Source: Octopus bimaculoides (Eukaryota). From it: a stretch of DNA of 46,520 bases. Under the pieces are notes generated by a model, which worked only from the letters and a program-made list of their open reading frames with translations, had not been told where the DNA came from and did no database searches. How positions within the stretch are numbered: the stretch's first letter is position 1; each line of letters opens with the position of its first letter. Location of the stretch: the NCBI RefSeq assembly GCF_001194135.2, contig NC_068983.1:114977834-115024353 (forward strand), in the 5' to 3' direction. This document shows positions 11,576 to 24,804 of the stretch, in pieces. A program made the translations under genes and the position numbers.

Positions 11576-12322
11576 NNNNNNNNNNNNNNNNNNNNNNNNN
11601 NNNNNNNNNNNNNNNNNNNNNNNNNNNNNNNNNNNNNNNNNNNNNNNNNNNNNNNNNNNNNNNNNNNNNNNNNNNNNNNNNNNNNNNNNNNNNNNNNNNN
11701 NNNNNNNNNNNNNNNNNNNNNNNNNNNNNNNNNNNNNNNNNNNNNNNNNNNNNNNNNNNNNNNNNNNNNNNNNNNNNNNNNNNNNNNNNNNNNNNNNNNN
11801 NNNNNNNNNNNNNNNNNNNNNNNNNNNNNNNNNNNNNNNNNNNNNNNNNNNNNNNNNNNNNNNNNNNNNNNNNNNNNNNNNNNNNNNNNNNNNNNNNNNN
11901 NNNNNNNNNNNNNNNNNNNNNNNNNNNNNNNNNNNNNNNNNNNNNNNNNNNNNNNNNNNNNNNNNNNNNNNNNNNNNNNNNNNNNNNNNNNNNNNNNNNN
12001 NNNNNNNNNNNNNNNNNNNNNNNNNNNNNNNNNNNNNNNNNNNNNNNNNNNNNNNNNNNNNNNNNNNNNNNNNNNNNNNNNNNNNNNNNNNNNNNNNNNN
12101 NNNNNNNNNNNNNNNNNNNNNNNNNNNNNNNNNNNNNNNNNNNNNNNNNNNNNNNNNNNNNNNNNNNNNNNNNNNNNNNNNNNNNNNNNNNNNNNNNNNN
12201 NNNNNNNNNNNNNNNNNNNNNNNNNNNNNNNNNNNNNNNNNNNNNNNNNNNNNNNNNNNNNNNNNNNNNNNNNNNNNNNNNNNNNNNNNNNNNNNNNNNN
12301 NNNNNNNNNNNNNNNNNNNNNN
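11576..12322. other. Assembly gap (largest of eight N-runs)
   Basis: Other gaps: 2775-2784, 3729-3894, 10716-10964, 17565-17939, 23126-23789, 34304-34343, 45049-45148; several abut microsatellites. Confidence 0.99.
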
Positions 12323-12481
12323 ACCTTCAACAGGTAATTTTACATGCTAGAAGAAGCAGTCAAAATGACCAAAACCACATTTAAGAGCAATTTCAAAGGA
12401 AATGAAAAATAAAAACTTTTACCTTGTTATTTTTTTACAGTTATACTTAGGTTTCAAATTTTTTTAGCAAAAAAAATAATT

Positions 12482-12601
12482 TGCTAGGCGAAATTCTCAT
12501 CAGTAACCGCACCATAACATTAACTTATAATTTATAATTTATAGATTATAAATTATAAGTTAATGTTATGGTGCGGTTACTGATGAGAATTTCGCCTAGC
12601 A
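12482..12601. repeat. Near-perfect 120-bp palindrome (57-bp identical arms)
   Basis: 12482-12538 is the exact reverse complement of 12545-12601; spacer TTATAG. Confidence 0.95.
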
Positions 12602-12619
12602 GGGGTGGGTGCATTCTTC

Positions 12620-13095
12620 ACCAGGGAGGGTTGTATTTAAGAGTAACCATGCATCCTGCTGTCTGGTGAGAATGAAATCAATCTGGTTAGCAGAGTCACC
12701 TGATTGATAGGTTATCAGTTGGCTAGCTGGCTTCCTGAAGTTGGTGTTGCAGGTCAATAGGTTATTTGCATCGCAGAACTCCAGGAGCCTAGTCCCCTCT
12801 TCATTTCTGGTACCAACTCTATGGCCTCACTGCACACTATGGAAGATACTAGGTTGCTGTCTGACATGCCCATTAAAATCTCCAGCCACAAAGATGAGGT
12901 CATTGTCACTTGTCTTTGAGGTAGCCTGCAGAAGAATATTATAAAAGTGATCCTTCTGTTTATTTGGTAGGTCCGCTTGTGGGGCATAGGCAAAGATAAT
13001 TGTAACTACACCATTCTGCAAGACTAGCCTGCGTTTAAGTGCTCTATCATACACTCTCACTACCTCTATGACCTTATCCACCAATTTCTCTGCAA
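12620..13095 (-). mobile_element. RTE LINE AP-endonuclease fragment (pseudogenised)
   Basis: ORF 12827-13084 reads LVLQNGVVTIIFAYAPQ...FVAGDFNGHV, the APE motifs (AYAPQ, GDFNGHV) of RTE-clade ORF2; frameshifted downstream. Confidence 0.85.
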
Positions 13096-14139
13096 GAAGT
13101 ATGCCTGCACCCCCTTGTATGTGTTTGTACCCCCATCATCGCTTGACAACTGATGTTGGTGACAAAGAATAAGTCCTGAGGTTGATTCGTTTAACTAAAG
13201 GAGGTGCTCCTGCATGGCCACAGTCAACTGAAACAAGTAAAAGAATAAAAGACTATATATACATACATATATATATATATATATTTTAAATGACTGGCAA
13301 ATCATTTTGTTATTAAAAGCATGTGAATAGTTTCAATGTCCTCTCATTATATACATGCAAAGCTATTAACTACTTGTCTATTAATTGTAAATTACAATTA
13401 AAACTAAGCTGTTGAAAAATCTTCCAGCTACAATCCTTAAACCCATTAAGCAACAACTTAAAGTGGATTTTCAGTGTAAGTTAAAAGTAAGTTGTTTTTT
13501 TCCCAAATGAGTTTTCTTTCATCTTCTTGGCCACCATAGTGAAAGGTGGAGTTTAATGATATTAAAATTCCCCCACTCCCAACCACCACTGCACTGGAAC
13601 TGGCCTTTCAATACTTACAGCACTGTCACCATTCTGACTATGTTAAAATTCTCTCAGTGCCTTTCCAGATGAACTAATCTTTACTAAACTCATAACTTTA
13701 ACCCTTTAAATTCAAAATATCAATAGAATTAAATACACGAATGTTTTTTTTTTTTTAAATGAAAATGATGGACTACACAGTTTCCTGTGTTATTTTGAAA
13801 TGAGGTTCCAACCACAAAAGGTTATGGTTAAAAACAAAGAATAATAATAAAGTGGGCAGGGCAGGTACAGTTTATTGTAACGAGTAACAATTCTTTTAGA
13901 ATGGACTGGGATATTTTGAGAAATGAAATAAAAAACAAATAAATAAAAAGATTAAACATTTTTCTTATAATATTTCTATTGCAAAAAATACACTGCTTTT
14001 GTTTCAATTAACTTTAAATTGATTTTTAAAATAATAAAGAACTTAGTAAAATAACTTAGTCATTATGAAGCTGGTGTTTGGGACAAAAATTAATATGAAA
14101 TTATGATGGAAGCTTTTATTTTAAAACAAGCTTCTTGTC

Positions 14140-14349
14140 TGAAGAATTCGCATTACATCATCAAATATAATGCTTATTTATTCACATTGTCTTGAAGTAA
14201 TCATAGATTATCTTGTTACTTCAATGTGATTGTTTATTTTTAAAGTGACATTGTAGGATAGGTGTGAGAGGCTGGATCTGGCAGTTTGAACATAAAACAT
14301 GTAGAATATTTAGGCTAGATATGGCTGATTTAAATGCTAAAAGGTTAAT
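14140..14349. mobile_element. AT-rich MITE-like repeat ending ...AAATGCTAAAAGGTTAA (TTAA end, piggyBac/Kolobok-like)
   Basis: TTAA-terminated right end; left end eroded. A second AT-rich repeat family (TTTGTTTCAATTAA...GCTGGTGTTTGG) recurs at about 2120-2250, 13990-14120, 16355-16510 and 29360-29500. Confidence 0.4.
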
Positions 14350-15502
14350 AAAATCAAGGGCAGTTTCAGATTAGTATGAAGGGTTAGGGAAAATATATTT
14401 CTTTGGTGAAAGCTGCCGCAACTGATTTGTGCTTTATTATTCTAAATTTCATTCAAAGATCACATACTATGAATTTGATTCTTCCTGCATTAAATGATAG
14501 TAATGTAACGATTGTCAGATAGTGCTCCTTAGTAATTTGTTCTCTAAACGATTCTAGCTTTGTATGTATATGATTCTACATTCTTATACATTATACTCAG
14601 TGATTTATTCATCACTGTTCCCTTAAATAGTCTATATTTTCCCGATGAAGTCATACTAAGACCTAAGCATGCCTGGAGTTATCTGTCACATGTACTGAAA
14701 TAATTAAAATAATATTAGTCATTGATTAATAGTGTGAATTTCCAATTAGCTTTTCTGACGGTCCCTGTATTAAATGTTAAACTAATTTAACTACAGCTAT
14801 TGTGCTATAGGAGAGGAAGCAAAAACTAGCATACTATCTTAATCTCCAGTTTAGTCTCCTATTACAATTACATTCATGTTTAGGATGCTTTTATATCATC
14901 CTAAAGGTAGGATAAGAGGTGTGGTGCTTGAATGATAGCATACAATAATGAACAATAAATTAATTTTCAACTCACTTTTCTTAACAAAGCAGGTATATTG
15001 TGACTGGCTCTTATCTAGCTAGTTCCAAATTTTCTAATAAAAAGAAGTAGAGAGATATATAATTACTAAATTGAGCAGAAATTGACAAACTGCTAATTGC
15101 CACAATTAGCTCACCAGAACTGGGACAGGAGATATACATTACCAAATTGTCAGAAATAGTCTAAAGGAACACCGCAGTGACCCCAGAAGGTCAAGAGTCA
15201 AAATAAACAATGGAAATGAAATAATGTTCTCTGTTTCATAGACATGACACTAACGGTTTAAAAAATACAGAGTACAGAATGAAAGAAGAGCAAACAAAGA
15301 TTATTAGAATCTAAGAAATGTCTTGAGATAGATTAAATATTTAGGCCTGTAGTTCCAAACCTTTTCTCAATAACAATCTATCATAAAGCAGTTGTATACT
15401 GTCAACTTAACGTGACAGTCCCAATAAGGGAATATACAACTGCTATTTAGTCCTAGGAAGTTGGACCGCTTCCTGTCGGCCTTGACACATTTCCTGTGTC
15501 CT

Positions 15503-15641
15503 TATGTTTACGAGGGGGAGACAAGCACCTCCACCCAGCCTAGCCTGCATTCAGGGACATGTTTCTGAGTTTTTGCTCGTCATCAGCCTCAAGTAGCATG
15601 ACCAGCTGACTGAAGAGGCCTGTCAAGCTCTCGTAAACATA
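15503..15641 (-). ncRNA. Minimal type I hammerhead ribozyme (15553-15589) inside a 12-bp inverted-repeat-bounded module
   Basis: Minus strand: AGG-CTGATGA-CGAG/CAAAAA/CTCA-GAAAC-AT-GTC-CCT; intact CUGAUGA and GAAA core, GUC cleavage triplet, palindromic stem III ACATGT. TATGTTTACGAG (15503-15514) and CTCGTAAACATA (15630-15641) are inverted repeats. Confidence 0.6.
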
Positions 15642-15859
15642 TATTATTTCATTCTTTGAAATTATGGCAACATCTTTTCAATTTTAAATATGTTTTGCAA
15701 GAACTTCAATGTGAGCCCAATATTATGTATAGATGTTTATCAATTATGACTGTTATGGCCCCTAAAAGTGATTATTGAAGAAAGTAAGTCAAATCTACAA
15801 TAACTGAATGAAAAATCTTTGTTGACTGAGGAACTTTTGGTAGCATTTTTACCTTTTAT

Positions 15860-16258
15860 TTTTTCCTTGCTTCAGTCATCAGTCTGTGGCCACAGTGGGA
15901 TACCACCTTGAACAATTATTTTTAGTTGAATGAATCAATTCCAGTACTTATTTAAACAATTTTTTATTAAGCTTGATACTTATTCTATCGGTCTCTTTTG
16001 CTGAACTGCTAAGTTACAGGAACATAAACACACCAACTTCAGTTGTCAGGTAGTGATGGGGGGCAAACGCAGACACAAAGACAAACACACGCACACACAC
16101 AAATACACACACACACATACATATACACAACAGGCGTCTTCCATCTATCAATTCCATTCACAAGGCTTTGGTTGACCCAAGGCCATTGTAGAAGACACTT
16201 GCTCAAGGTGCCATGCAGTGGGACTAAACCCATAACCATATGGTTGGAAAGCAAGCTT
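15860..16258 (-). mobile_element. tRNA-derived SINE, family A, degraded
   Basis: Reverse-complement homology to 7799-8231 with many CpG-to-TpG changes. Confidence 0.75.
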
Positions 16259-17525
16259 GCATGTAAACATTTAAAACATAGGCTTAATCAATCTCAACAA
16301 AAATTATCAGTGACTTCCAAATCGAATAAAAAAAAAATTCCAAAAAGTAGAAATTTAACCCTTTGTTGCTATATTTCTGTTGAAATTTACTGCTTTTGTT
16401 TCAATTAATTTTGAAAATATTGAAGAACTTAATAAAATAACTATGTCATTATTAAGCTTTCATTATCAAGGTGTGGAGATATAAATTAACATGAAACATG
16501 ATGGACGGTTAAGAGCAATTAAGAGCTGGTTCAGCTTGTTTGAAAGAGTTAAATTGGCAAAATGTCAGGCAGTGATAACCTAGTCCTTCTCAGTGAAGAC
16601 ACTATATATATATACACACACCATGCTTGCATAGGTCAGAGGAAATTTGTCAAGGCAGATTTTTTATAGCTGCATGCTTTTCTTGTCACCAAACCCCAAC
16701 CTGTTTCCAAGACCAAACATGTTTTTATGGAAGCACCACTTGCATAACAGTGACAAGTGACACTACAGTCATGGCCGATGCCGGTGTCAGATCAATGGCA
16801 CCCATGCCAGTGTCATGTAAAAAGCACTCATTATACTCTCAGAGTGGTTGGGGTTAGAAAGGGCATCCATCTATAGAAACCTTGCCAAAACAACATAAGG
16901 TCAAGGCGATAGTAAAACATACTAATACACACACATACGCGCGCACTTTTCTCAGTTTTCATCAACCAAATTCACTCAAGGCTTTGGTTGACCCAGGGCT
17001 ATAGTAGAAGACACTTGCCCTAAGGTGCAACTTAGAAGGACTGAACCCAAGACCATGTGATTGGAAAACTGACTTCTTACCACACAGCCATATCTGTGCC
17101 TATATTCTAAGTTTTCAATCTTATGATTGCATTCTCCATGACAAGACAAGTTAATCATAGCTAAAACCATCAGTCAGATGTTTCACTCCAGCAGACCTAC
17201 CGATGCTTTACCCAACAAAACAGCAACTGGCTGCTGTTAACCTAGTACCAAAGATAACTCAGTTCAGTAAAAAGAAAGGTTCTAAACTTAATGGATCATT
17301 GACAGAATACGTGTATGCAACTTATCTTTCTCTATCTTTCATATAAAAATAAATAAATAAGCTCAAAGAAGAGTGTGAAAGAGAGAAAGAGTGTAATAAT
17401 TGTGTATAACTGTAATTAAGAACAATTCATATCTAGAATAAACTGGTACTTAAAAATATATTTTCTAATACTCAAACAATAAAATAAATAAAAAATTATT
17501 TTTCTTTCTTTTTACTTTATTGGGA

Positions 17526-17564
<39 letters not shown>

Positions 17565-18397
17565 NNNNNNNNNNNNNNNNNNNNNNNNNNNNNNNNNNNN
17601 NNNNNNNNNNNNNNNNNNNNNNNNNNNNNNNNNNNNNNNNNNNNNNNNNNNNNNNNNNNNNNNNNNNNNNNNNNNNNNNNNNNNNNNNNNNNNNNNNNNN
17701 NNNNNNNNNNNNNNNNNNNNNNNNNNNNNNNNNNNNNNNNNNNNNNNNNNNNNNNNNNNNNNNNNNNNNNNNNNNNNNNNNNNNNNNNNNNNNNNNNNNN
17801 NNNNNNNNNNNNNNNNNNNNNNNNNNNNNNNNNNNNNNNNNNNNNNNNNNNNNNNNNNNNNNNNNNNNNNNNNNNNNNNNNNNNNNNNNNNNNNNNNNNN
17901 NNNNNNNNNNNNNNNNNNNNNNNNNNNNNNNNNNNNNNNAACAAAAACACCACGACGCCCTGTTAGAAATCAAGAAAATTCTGCAATAGTTTACTGTCTA
18001 CCTTTTCGTGTAACCCTACCAAGTTGTGATGGTGGTTGATAGTAATAATGGCAGACTGGAAAGTGGTGGAAATATAAATAAATATGTGGATTATTTTTGG
18101 TTGTTTTTCTTTAACCTCCAACTAATTTAACTTCTGGATATTGTCCGTGGGACTACTAGCTATAGTGGCTCAGGCTGCAATATATCGAAACTGAAACCAT
18201 GTGAAGGAGATAAGCAAAAATTGAATAATTAAAACAGAACCAAGATGCCTTAAGTCTGTAATGCAAGTCAGAAATGAAAAGTTGTGACATTTTTGTTTTC
18301 TCTGATCATGAGTTCAAACCTGTTTCAGGTGTACTGCAGTCTTTCTAGGCAAAGCATTGAACTTGACAAAGTTTCAGTAAAGTTATGCTGTAGAGTG

Positions 18398-18700
18398 TGG
18401 AGGGGCAATGGCCCAGTGGTTACAGCAGCAGACCTGCGGTTGGAAGATCGCAGTTTCGATCCCCAGACCGGGCATTGTGTGTGTTTATTGAGCAAAAACA
18501 CCTAAAGCTCCACCAGGATCCGGCAGGGGGTGGTGGTGACCCCTGTTGTACTCTTTTGTCCCAACTTTCTCTCACTCTTTCTTCCTGTTTCTTGAGTAAT
18601 GCTGCGATGGACTGGCGTCCCGTCCAGTTGGGGGGGAACACATACGCCATAAAAACAGGGCCCATGAGCCTGGCTAGGATTTAAAAGGGTGCATAAATAA
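18398..18700 (+). mobile_element. tRNA-derived SINE, family D head with tail type 1
   Basis: GGAGGGGCAATGGCCCAGTGGTTA A box, GTTTCGATCCC B box; first ~195 bp shared with 39810-39991; tail GCTGCGATGGACTGGCGTCCCGTCCAG resembles V-SINE-type sequence. Confidence 0.8.
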
Positions 18701-21149
18701 TTTAAAAAATGCCGTAGAGTAGGGACTGGAGTAAATCTAACACAAAGGATTTACAACAGCCATAACATGATCAGATTTATGATAAAGGTATTTGTTATCA
18801 TCAACCTCATCATTTTAACATCTACTTACTTTTAATGCTTTCATGGGTCAGACAAGAGGAAGTTGGTGGGACAGAGTTTTCAGCAGGCAGATATCCTACC
18901 TGAAGTCAACTCTTACTCATTTCCAATCTCTTAGTCAATTGAACAACAAACAGATTGGATATGGTTACAAAAGGAGGCTGGCCGGTAACGTATTTTTCTG
19001 CATTATATGGATAATTTATCCTGATCACGCTATTTATAGCATTATCACGCGTTTGAGAAATAAATTTATTACTTTTTATCCTTTCAAAGCTGAAAGGATA
19101 AAAAAAACATAGTGAAAGTCAATTCAATTAAAAATGCATTTTTCCTATATGAATTTGTGGCTTTCTGCTAAAGTAAAATGTTATTCTTGGTTATCATAGC
19201 AGTGGTGGTGTATTGAAGTTTGAAGAAGACATCATGTTATTGACCATTCCCAATTACATAACAACTGAACAGGAAAGAAAAGGGAGAAAACAAAATAATA
19301 TTCAACAAGCCCCAAATAGCTAAGTTGTTTACTTCAACAGCAACAATATTCTTTAAGTCAGACTGTAGAAGTAATAACAATACAAAAATGGTAATATTTA
19401 TATATAATCAGTAGATAAGTGTCTCCCCAAGATATTTTGTTTAACTATAATTTTATGCATATACCAAAGATAGGTAGAGGCCAGCAGGTTGAATATCCAT
19501 CAAAAAACTCATTGATATTAGAGGTTGGTGTTGTTAACTAGAATTTAATTCAGTTACATGCAATGGGATTGTAAATCAATATGACTAGTAATTAACCAGT
19601 CTTGTTAATTAATGTTTATCCATTTTTCATTTGGATTTGTGCACAACCACAATTGAATTGCACTGAATTCAACTGGAATATCTGCAATAATTTGCCAGTT
19701 CACAGGAATCAAGAAAGGACAGCTTATTTTAGCTGCTGATATACCAGTGAAATATTTCCACAATCTTTGGTTCAAGTATTCTAAATGTTCCAAGTTTTAA
19801 TCTTTTGTGGAGAGGGGAAATGACTATCGAATGGCAAGACAGGCCAAAGTTATTATACTACCTAAACATAATTCAACCAAACTAAATTCACCAGATCTGA
19901 AGATAGGGCAATGACCGGGAAGTAAATATTAGGCTCAATTGTGTAATTTCTTTTCCCCTCTACTTAGGGTACATGCTATCAAATGTGCGTAGATTATATG
20001 GGTTTAAGTATAATTCATGACTATCTCAAGTGTATGATGAAGCCATAAGTGAAATGAAAACGATGCAGCAAAAATTAAAATTCAATGGATTTGGTTAATA
20101 GGGAGTTTAGTATTATAGACACAGCTGTTTAATAACAATAAGTTCAAAGTTCAAAACTTGATAAAGTCAACTTATTTTACTCAAGGGTCAGTATAGTGAG
20201 AGATTGTGAACTTGCCAAATGAGTGTGTGTGCTTACTTAACTTCAAATAAGTTGTGGAATATTATTAAAAATAAAATATTGTTCTGTAAGGCACAAGGTC
20301 CTTTTTGATTGAAGAAGAGAGTTTAACTGATAAATTCAACATTAGTGGTATTTATTTTCATTATTGTGGAGGCAAAGGGCTTAGTGGTTAGGTATTGCAC
20401 TATGAATACAAAATTGTGGTTTCAATTCCTAGACTGGATGATGCATTGTGTTCTTGAGCAAGACACTTTATTTCACATTGCTCTAGTCCATTCAGATGGC
20501 AAAAAGAAGTAAAAACCCTGTGACAGACCAGCATTTTTCCAGGAAGCAGGGTAATACGCACACTACACAATAGCTTTACGAGTCTATGGCTTGGGAAGGA
20601 CCTTTGATTCTTCTCTGATCTTTATTATTCTCTCCAAATTTCTGGTCATGTGTATATACAATCATCATTACCATTGTTCTACACCTGCTTTCCGTGCTGG
20701 CAGAGTTGGACAAGTCATGACAGTCAAAGTCAGTTCTCCTTTAGAGTAAACTGCCCTTCAAGAGAGGTTAACGGACCATGTCTCACTCATGCAGACCATT
20801 TTTGGCATGGTTTCTTTGGTTGGGTGCCCTTCCTAGCACCAACCATTTTATAGTGTGTTGTATGAATATATCATTGTACCACTTATTAAGGCAGGTTGTC
20901 ATATCTTCAATAAGACAAAACCAAAACTTTCTCACAACCCTAAATTGTTATCCACACATTCACCAGCCAGTTTACAGTGAGTATTGGATGTATATTATTG
21001 TAGCGCTAACCATTTTTCTAAGACACTAGTGAGGTTGCATTGCTACCTCAAAACAAAAGAGGCCTCACTATTCTCATGTCTTCATTTCTTTGGGTCAGTG
21101 TGACTAAGAGAGTAAGTAGAATTCACATCTATCATCTTAACCCTCGCAG

Positions 21150-21720
21150 ACGTGGGCCTGTGTCTAACTTTACCCTCCACTTGGATTCCGGAGCAAATTC
21201 TCTGCTGGATGTGCAATATCAGTGTGCATGTACGACAGAGTGTAAGCATCTTAAAAGAAAAATTGAGTATAAGAGGTATTAGATGTGGTGTGCAAGAGAG
21301 AAGACTGTGCTGGTATGGCCATGTGATGTGCATGAACGAGGACAGCTGCATAAAGAAGTGTTGATCTCTAACTGTGGAAGGAACCCGTGGAAGAGGTAGA
21401 TCCAGGAAGATGTAAGATAAGGTGGTCAAATATGACCTTCAGTTGTGAGTCTCGTGGAGACTCACATCCTAGACTTTTGGCGACTTGCTGTACTTGATAA
21501 GACACATCAAGCTAAATGAAATTGTAGTCACGGCCAGTGCTGGTGACATATAAAAAGCACCCGGTACACTCAGTGGAGTGGTGCATTAGGAAGAGCATCC
21601 AGCTGTAGAAACCAAGCCAAAACAGACCGGAACCTGGTGCAGTACTTCAGCTTACCAGTTTCAGTGAATCCATCTAACCCATACTAGCATGGAAAACAGA
21701 CACTAAATGCTGATGATGAT
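21150..21720 (+). mobile_element. RTE LINE 3' fragment
   Basis: LKEKLSIRGIRCGVQERRLCWYGHVMCMNEDSCIKKC, then RGRGRSRK and the RTE tail ending in (GAT)n. Confidence 0.85.
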
Positions 21721-21845
21721 GATGAGTTGCATATACAGCTCAAGAGTAACGATTGCAGGCAAACTAATGGACAGAATCAGCTGCATCTTCTTTTTCTATG
21801 TTGTTCATTACTGCTTTACCGGGAATCCAGTAGAGATGACAGTTG

Positions 21846-22007
21846 CCGTATTTTAACGAGTATAAGGAACCCACTGATTTTTGGGACTTAAAATTTGGAA
21901 AAAAGGTTTTGTAAGGGATTACAATATTATTCATGTATAAGAAACTCCCATATTTTTTTAACCTAATTTTTGAGAAAAAACGGTTCCTTATGCACGTTAA
22001 AATACAG
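21846..22007. mobile_element. MITE with 26-bp terminal inverted repeats (pogo/Tigger-like)
   Basis: Left CCGTATTTTAACGAGTATAAGGAACC; right GGTTCCTTATGCACGTTAAAATACAG (reverse complement CTGTATTTTAACGTGCATAAGGAACC); right flank TA; non-coding interior. Confidence 0.75.
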
Positions 22008-22739
22008 TAATCTATGCCCACTATAATGGGAATAGAGCGTGACAGAGTTAAAAAAGGAAGAGCTCATTCAGGAGTGCATTCTGGGATACATTACTTTAGA
22101 AAATTAAAAAAAAAAAAAGAATCACAGAATGTCTGTGGTTACAGGTCTGCTTGCTGAAAGTTGACTTAGACATCTCAGTAGACTTGGTAAGGTAAAGTTA
22201 CCTTTTTGTGTCATACCAACTCTTAAGGGCCGGTTTCCCAGTTTCATGGCATATATATCAAGCATCGGGACAGGACACTGGTCCATCACAGGATTACTAA
22301 TTTTTGCCAGCTGAGTGGACTGCAGCAATGTGAAATGAAGTGTCTTGCTCAAGAACACAATGCGTTGCTCAGTCCAGGAATCAAAAACCACAATCTTACG
22401 ATCCTGAGTCCAACACCCTAACCACTAAGCCAGGTACCTCCACAGTAGACTTGGTCATTGGAAGCTAAGTATTATGACCACAAACATGGCACTCAAAATA
22501 ACAACAACAACAACAGGAATGGTAAATGTGTTTGAAGGCAGGAAGAATCTATACAAATAACCATTTGATATACTGGAAGTTACAGGAGAATTAATGAAGT
22601 GGTCTTCTTGATAATTGTTGACAGCAGAGAGCTAGTGAAGGTGGTGGTGGCGGTGGCAGTGGTGGTATTTATGGGTGATGCTGTTTGGTGTTGTTATTTG
22701 TTAGGGTGATTGTGGTGTTGATAGTGATGGTGGAAAATG

Positions 22740-23125
22740 ATAGAAACTCCAACTAAATATAATGTTACTGAAAATGAGATAAGATGAAGCAACTGGGAAG
22801 TGAGAAATAAAGAGAGAAAGAACAAAGAAGTGGGGGAAGGAAAGAAAGAGAAAGTAAGAGACTAAGAAAAAAAGATATAAAGAAAGAAAGGGAGAGAACA
22901 CAGATGTGAGCAGAGAGAGAAAGAGAGAGAGAGTGAGACAGGCAGAGACATTGACAGATAGAAAGACAGGCAGGAAGGGAGAGAAAGAGAGGGTAGAGAC
23001 GTGAGAAGAGGAAAAGTGAGGCACAGTTAATGTGTGTGCGGGTGCGGGTGGGGATAAAGAAGAAAAAGAAACAGAAAAAGGTCTCAAGGTAGAAAAAGAT
23101 AAAAAGAAAAAAGGGCAATAAGGTG
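22740..23125 (+). repeat. Purine-rich (GA/GAAA) low-complexity tract running into an N-gap
   Basis: Strong purine strand bias; similar tracts at 6960-7110 and 44340-44470. Confidence 0.8.
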
Positions 23126-23789
23126 NNNNNNNNNNNNNNNNNNNNNNNNNNNNNNNNNNNNNNNNNNNNNNNNNNNNNNNNNNNNNNNNNNNNNNNNNNN
23201 NNNNNNNNNNNNNNNNNNNNNNNNNNNNNNNNNNNNNNNNNNNNNNNNNNNNNNNNNNNNNNNNNNNNNNNNNNNNNNNNNNNNNNNNNNNNNNNNNNNN
23301 NNNNNNNNNNNNNNNNNNNNNNNNNNNNNNNNNNNNNNNNNNNNNNNNNNNNNNNNNNNNNNNNNNNNNNNNNNNNNNNNNNNNNNNNNNNNNNNNNNNN
23401 NNNNNNNNNNNNNNNNNNNNNNNNNNNNNNNNNNNNNNNNNNNNNNNNNNNNNNNNNNNNNNNNNNNNNNNNNNNNNNNNNNNNNNNNNNNNNNNNNNNN
23501 NNNNNNNNNNNNNNNNNNNNNNNNNNNNNNNNNNNNNNNNNNNNNNNNNNNNNNNNNNNNNNNNNNNNNNNNNNNNNNNNNNNNNNNNNNNNNNNNNNNN
23601 NNNNNNNNNNNNNNNNNNNNNNNNNNNNNNNNNNNNNNNNNNNNNNNNNNNNNNNNNNNNNNNNNNNNNNNNNNNNNNNNNNNNNNNNNNNNNNNNNNNN
23701 NNNNNNNNNNNNNNNNNNNNNNNNNNNNNNNNNNNNNNNNNNNNNNNNNNNNNNNNNNNNNNNNNNNNNNNNNNNNNNNNNNNNNNNNN

Positions 23790-23948
23790 GCAACGATCTT
23801 ACTTGGCTTGCCGGGTCTTCTCACGCACAGCACATTTCCAAAGGTCTCGGTCCGTAGTCATCGCCTCGGTGAGGCCCAATGTACGAAGGTCTTGCCTCAC
23901 CACCTCAGCCCAGGTCTTCCTGGGCCTACCTCTTCCACGGGTTCCCTG
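23790..23948 (-). mobile_element. RTE LINE RT C-terminus, 5'-truncated
   Basis: RGRGRPRKTWAEVVRQDLRTLGLTEAMTTDRDLWKCAVREKTRQAK*, few mutations, CpGs retained. Confidence 0.85.
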
Positions 23949-24804
23949 GCAAAATTGGTGGTAGCAGATGTGTGCGTGTTTGTGTGTGAGAGAGAGAGAG
24001 AGAGAGGGAGAGAGTATGAAAAAGAGAGAGAGAGAGAGAGAGAGGGAGAGAGTATGAAAGAGAGAGAGAGATGTACTTCCTGTACCGATGTGCAATATTG
24101 CTTTATGTGTGTGGTATGTACAAACAACATTGTCTAGCTAACCTAACCCAAAACCGCAAAATCCACAAATCCACCGCTAGTTCTATCAAGTATTCTAAAG
24201 GAGTAAAACCCGGACAGGATATAAAACTAGAATCTATCTGAAACTCCCTCTCCACTCCCGTGCCCTAAGTCCTCAAACAATTTACATGAATCATTTAGCT
24301 GCACTGAGCTCATCCAGTTCTTCTTCGGTCATGCTGCTCTAAGAAAGTGAATACAAGGAAGGAGAAGGAATTCCTGAATGCACTGATTCTTGAAATGAAG
24401 ATTGAGATTTCAGGAAGTGACATGGTAGAATTGTTTAGCCTCACCAGACAAAATGTAGAGCAGCATTTCTTTCAGCTCATTACATTCCTAGTTCAAATTC
24501 TGCTTTCATCTTTTCAGGATTGACAAAGTAAATATCAGTTGAGCACAGGGGTTAATCAATGCAACTGACTAACCCCATTCCACTAAAATTTCAGGCCTTG
24601 TGCCAATGGTAAAAAAATTATTAGTACCTGTATTTATAGAAGAAAGTGTTGTTTCTGCGGTACTGAGACAGTAGGATGTAATTTGAAGGAGATTTAGCTA
24701 CTGTATGTGGCAGGTTGAGAACCCTAATTGGTTTGTGTAGAACAGTGGTGTTTTAACCTGGATGTTAGCATTGTGAGCTCACAAGAGGGATAGCAATGTC
24801 AAGG

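Noticed and set aside
12578-12600. CTGATGA in the palindrome arm as a ribozyme core
   Set aside because: No downstream GAAA or stem III.
24296-24343. Minus-strand terminal exon SSMTEEELDELSAAK* as part of PUDP
   Set aside because: It has a good acceptor and vague similarity to PUDP MSKEELVEE, but ends in a stop and lacks the flanking PUDP sequence.
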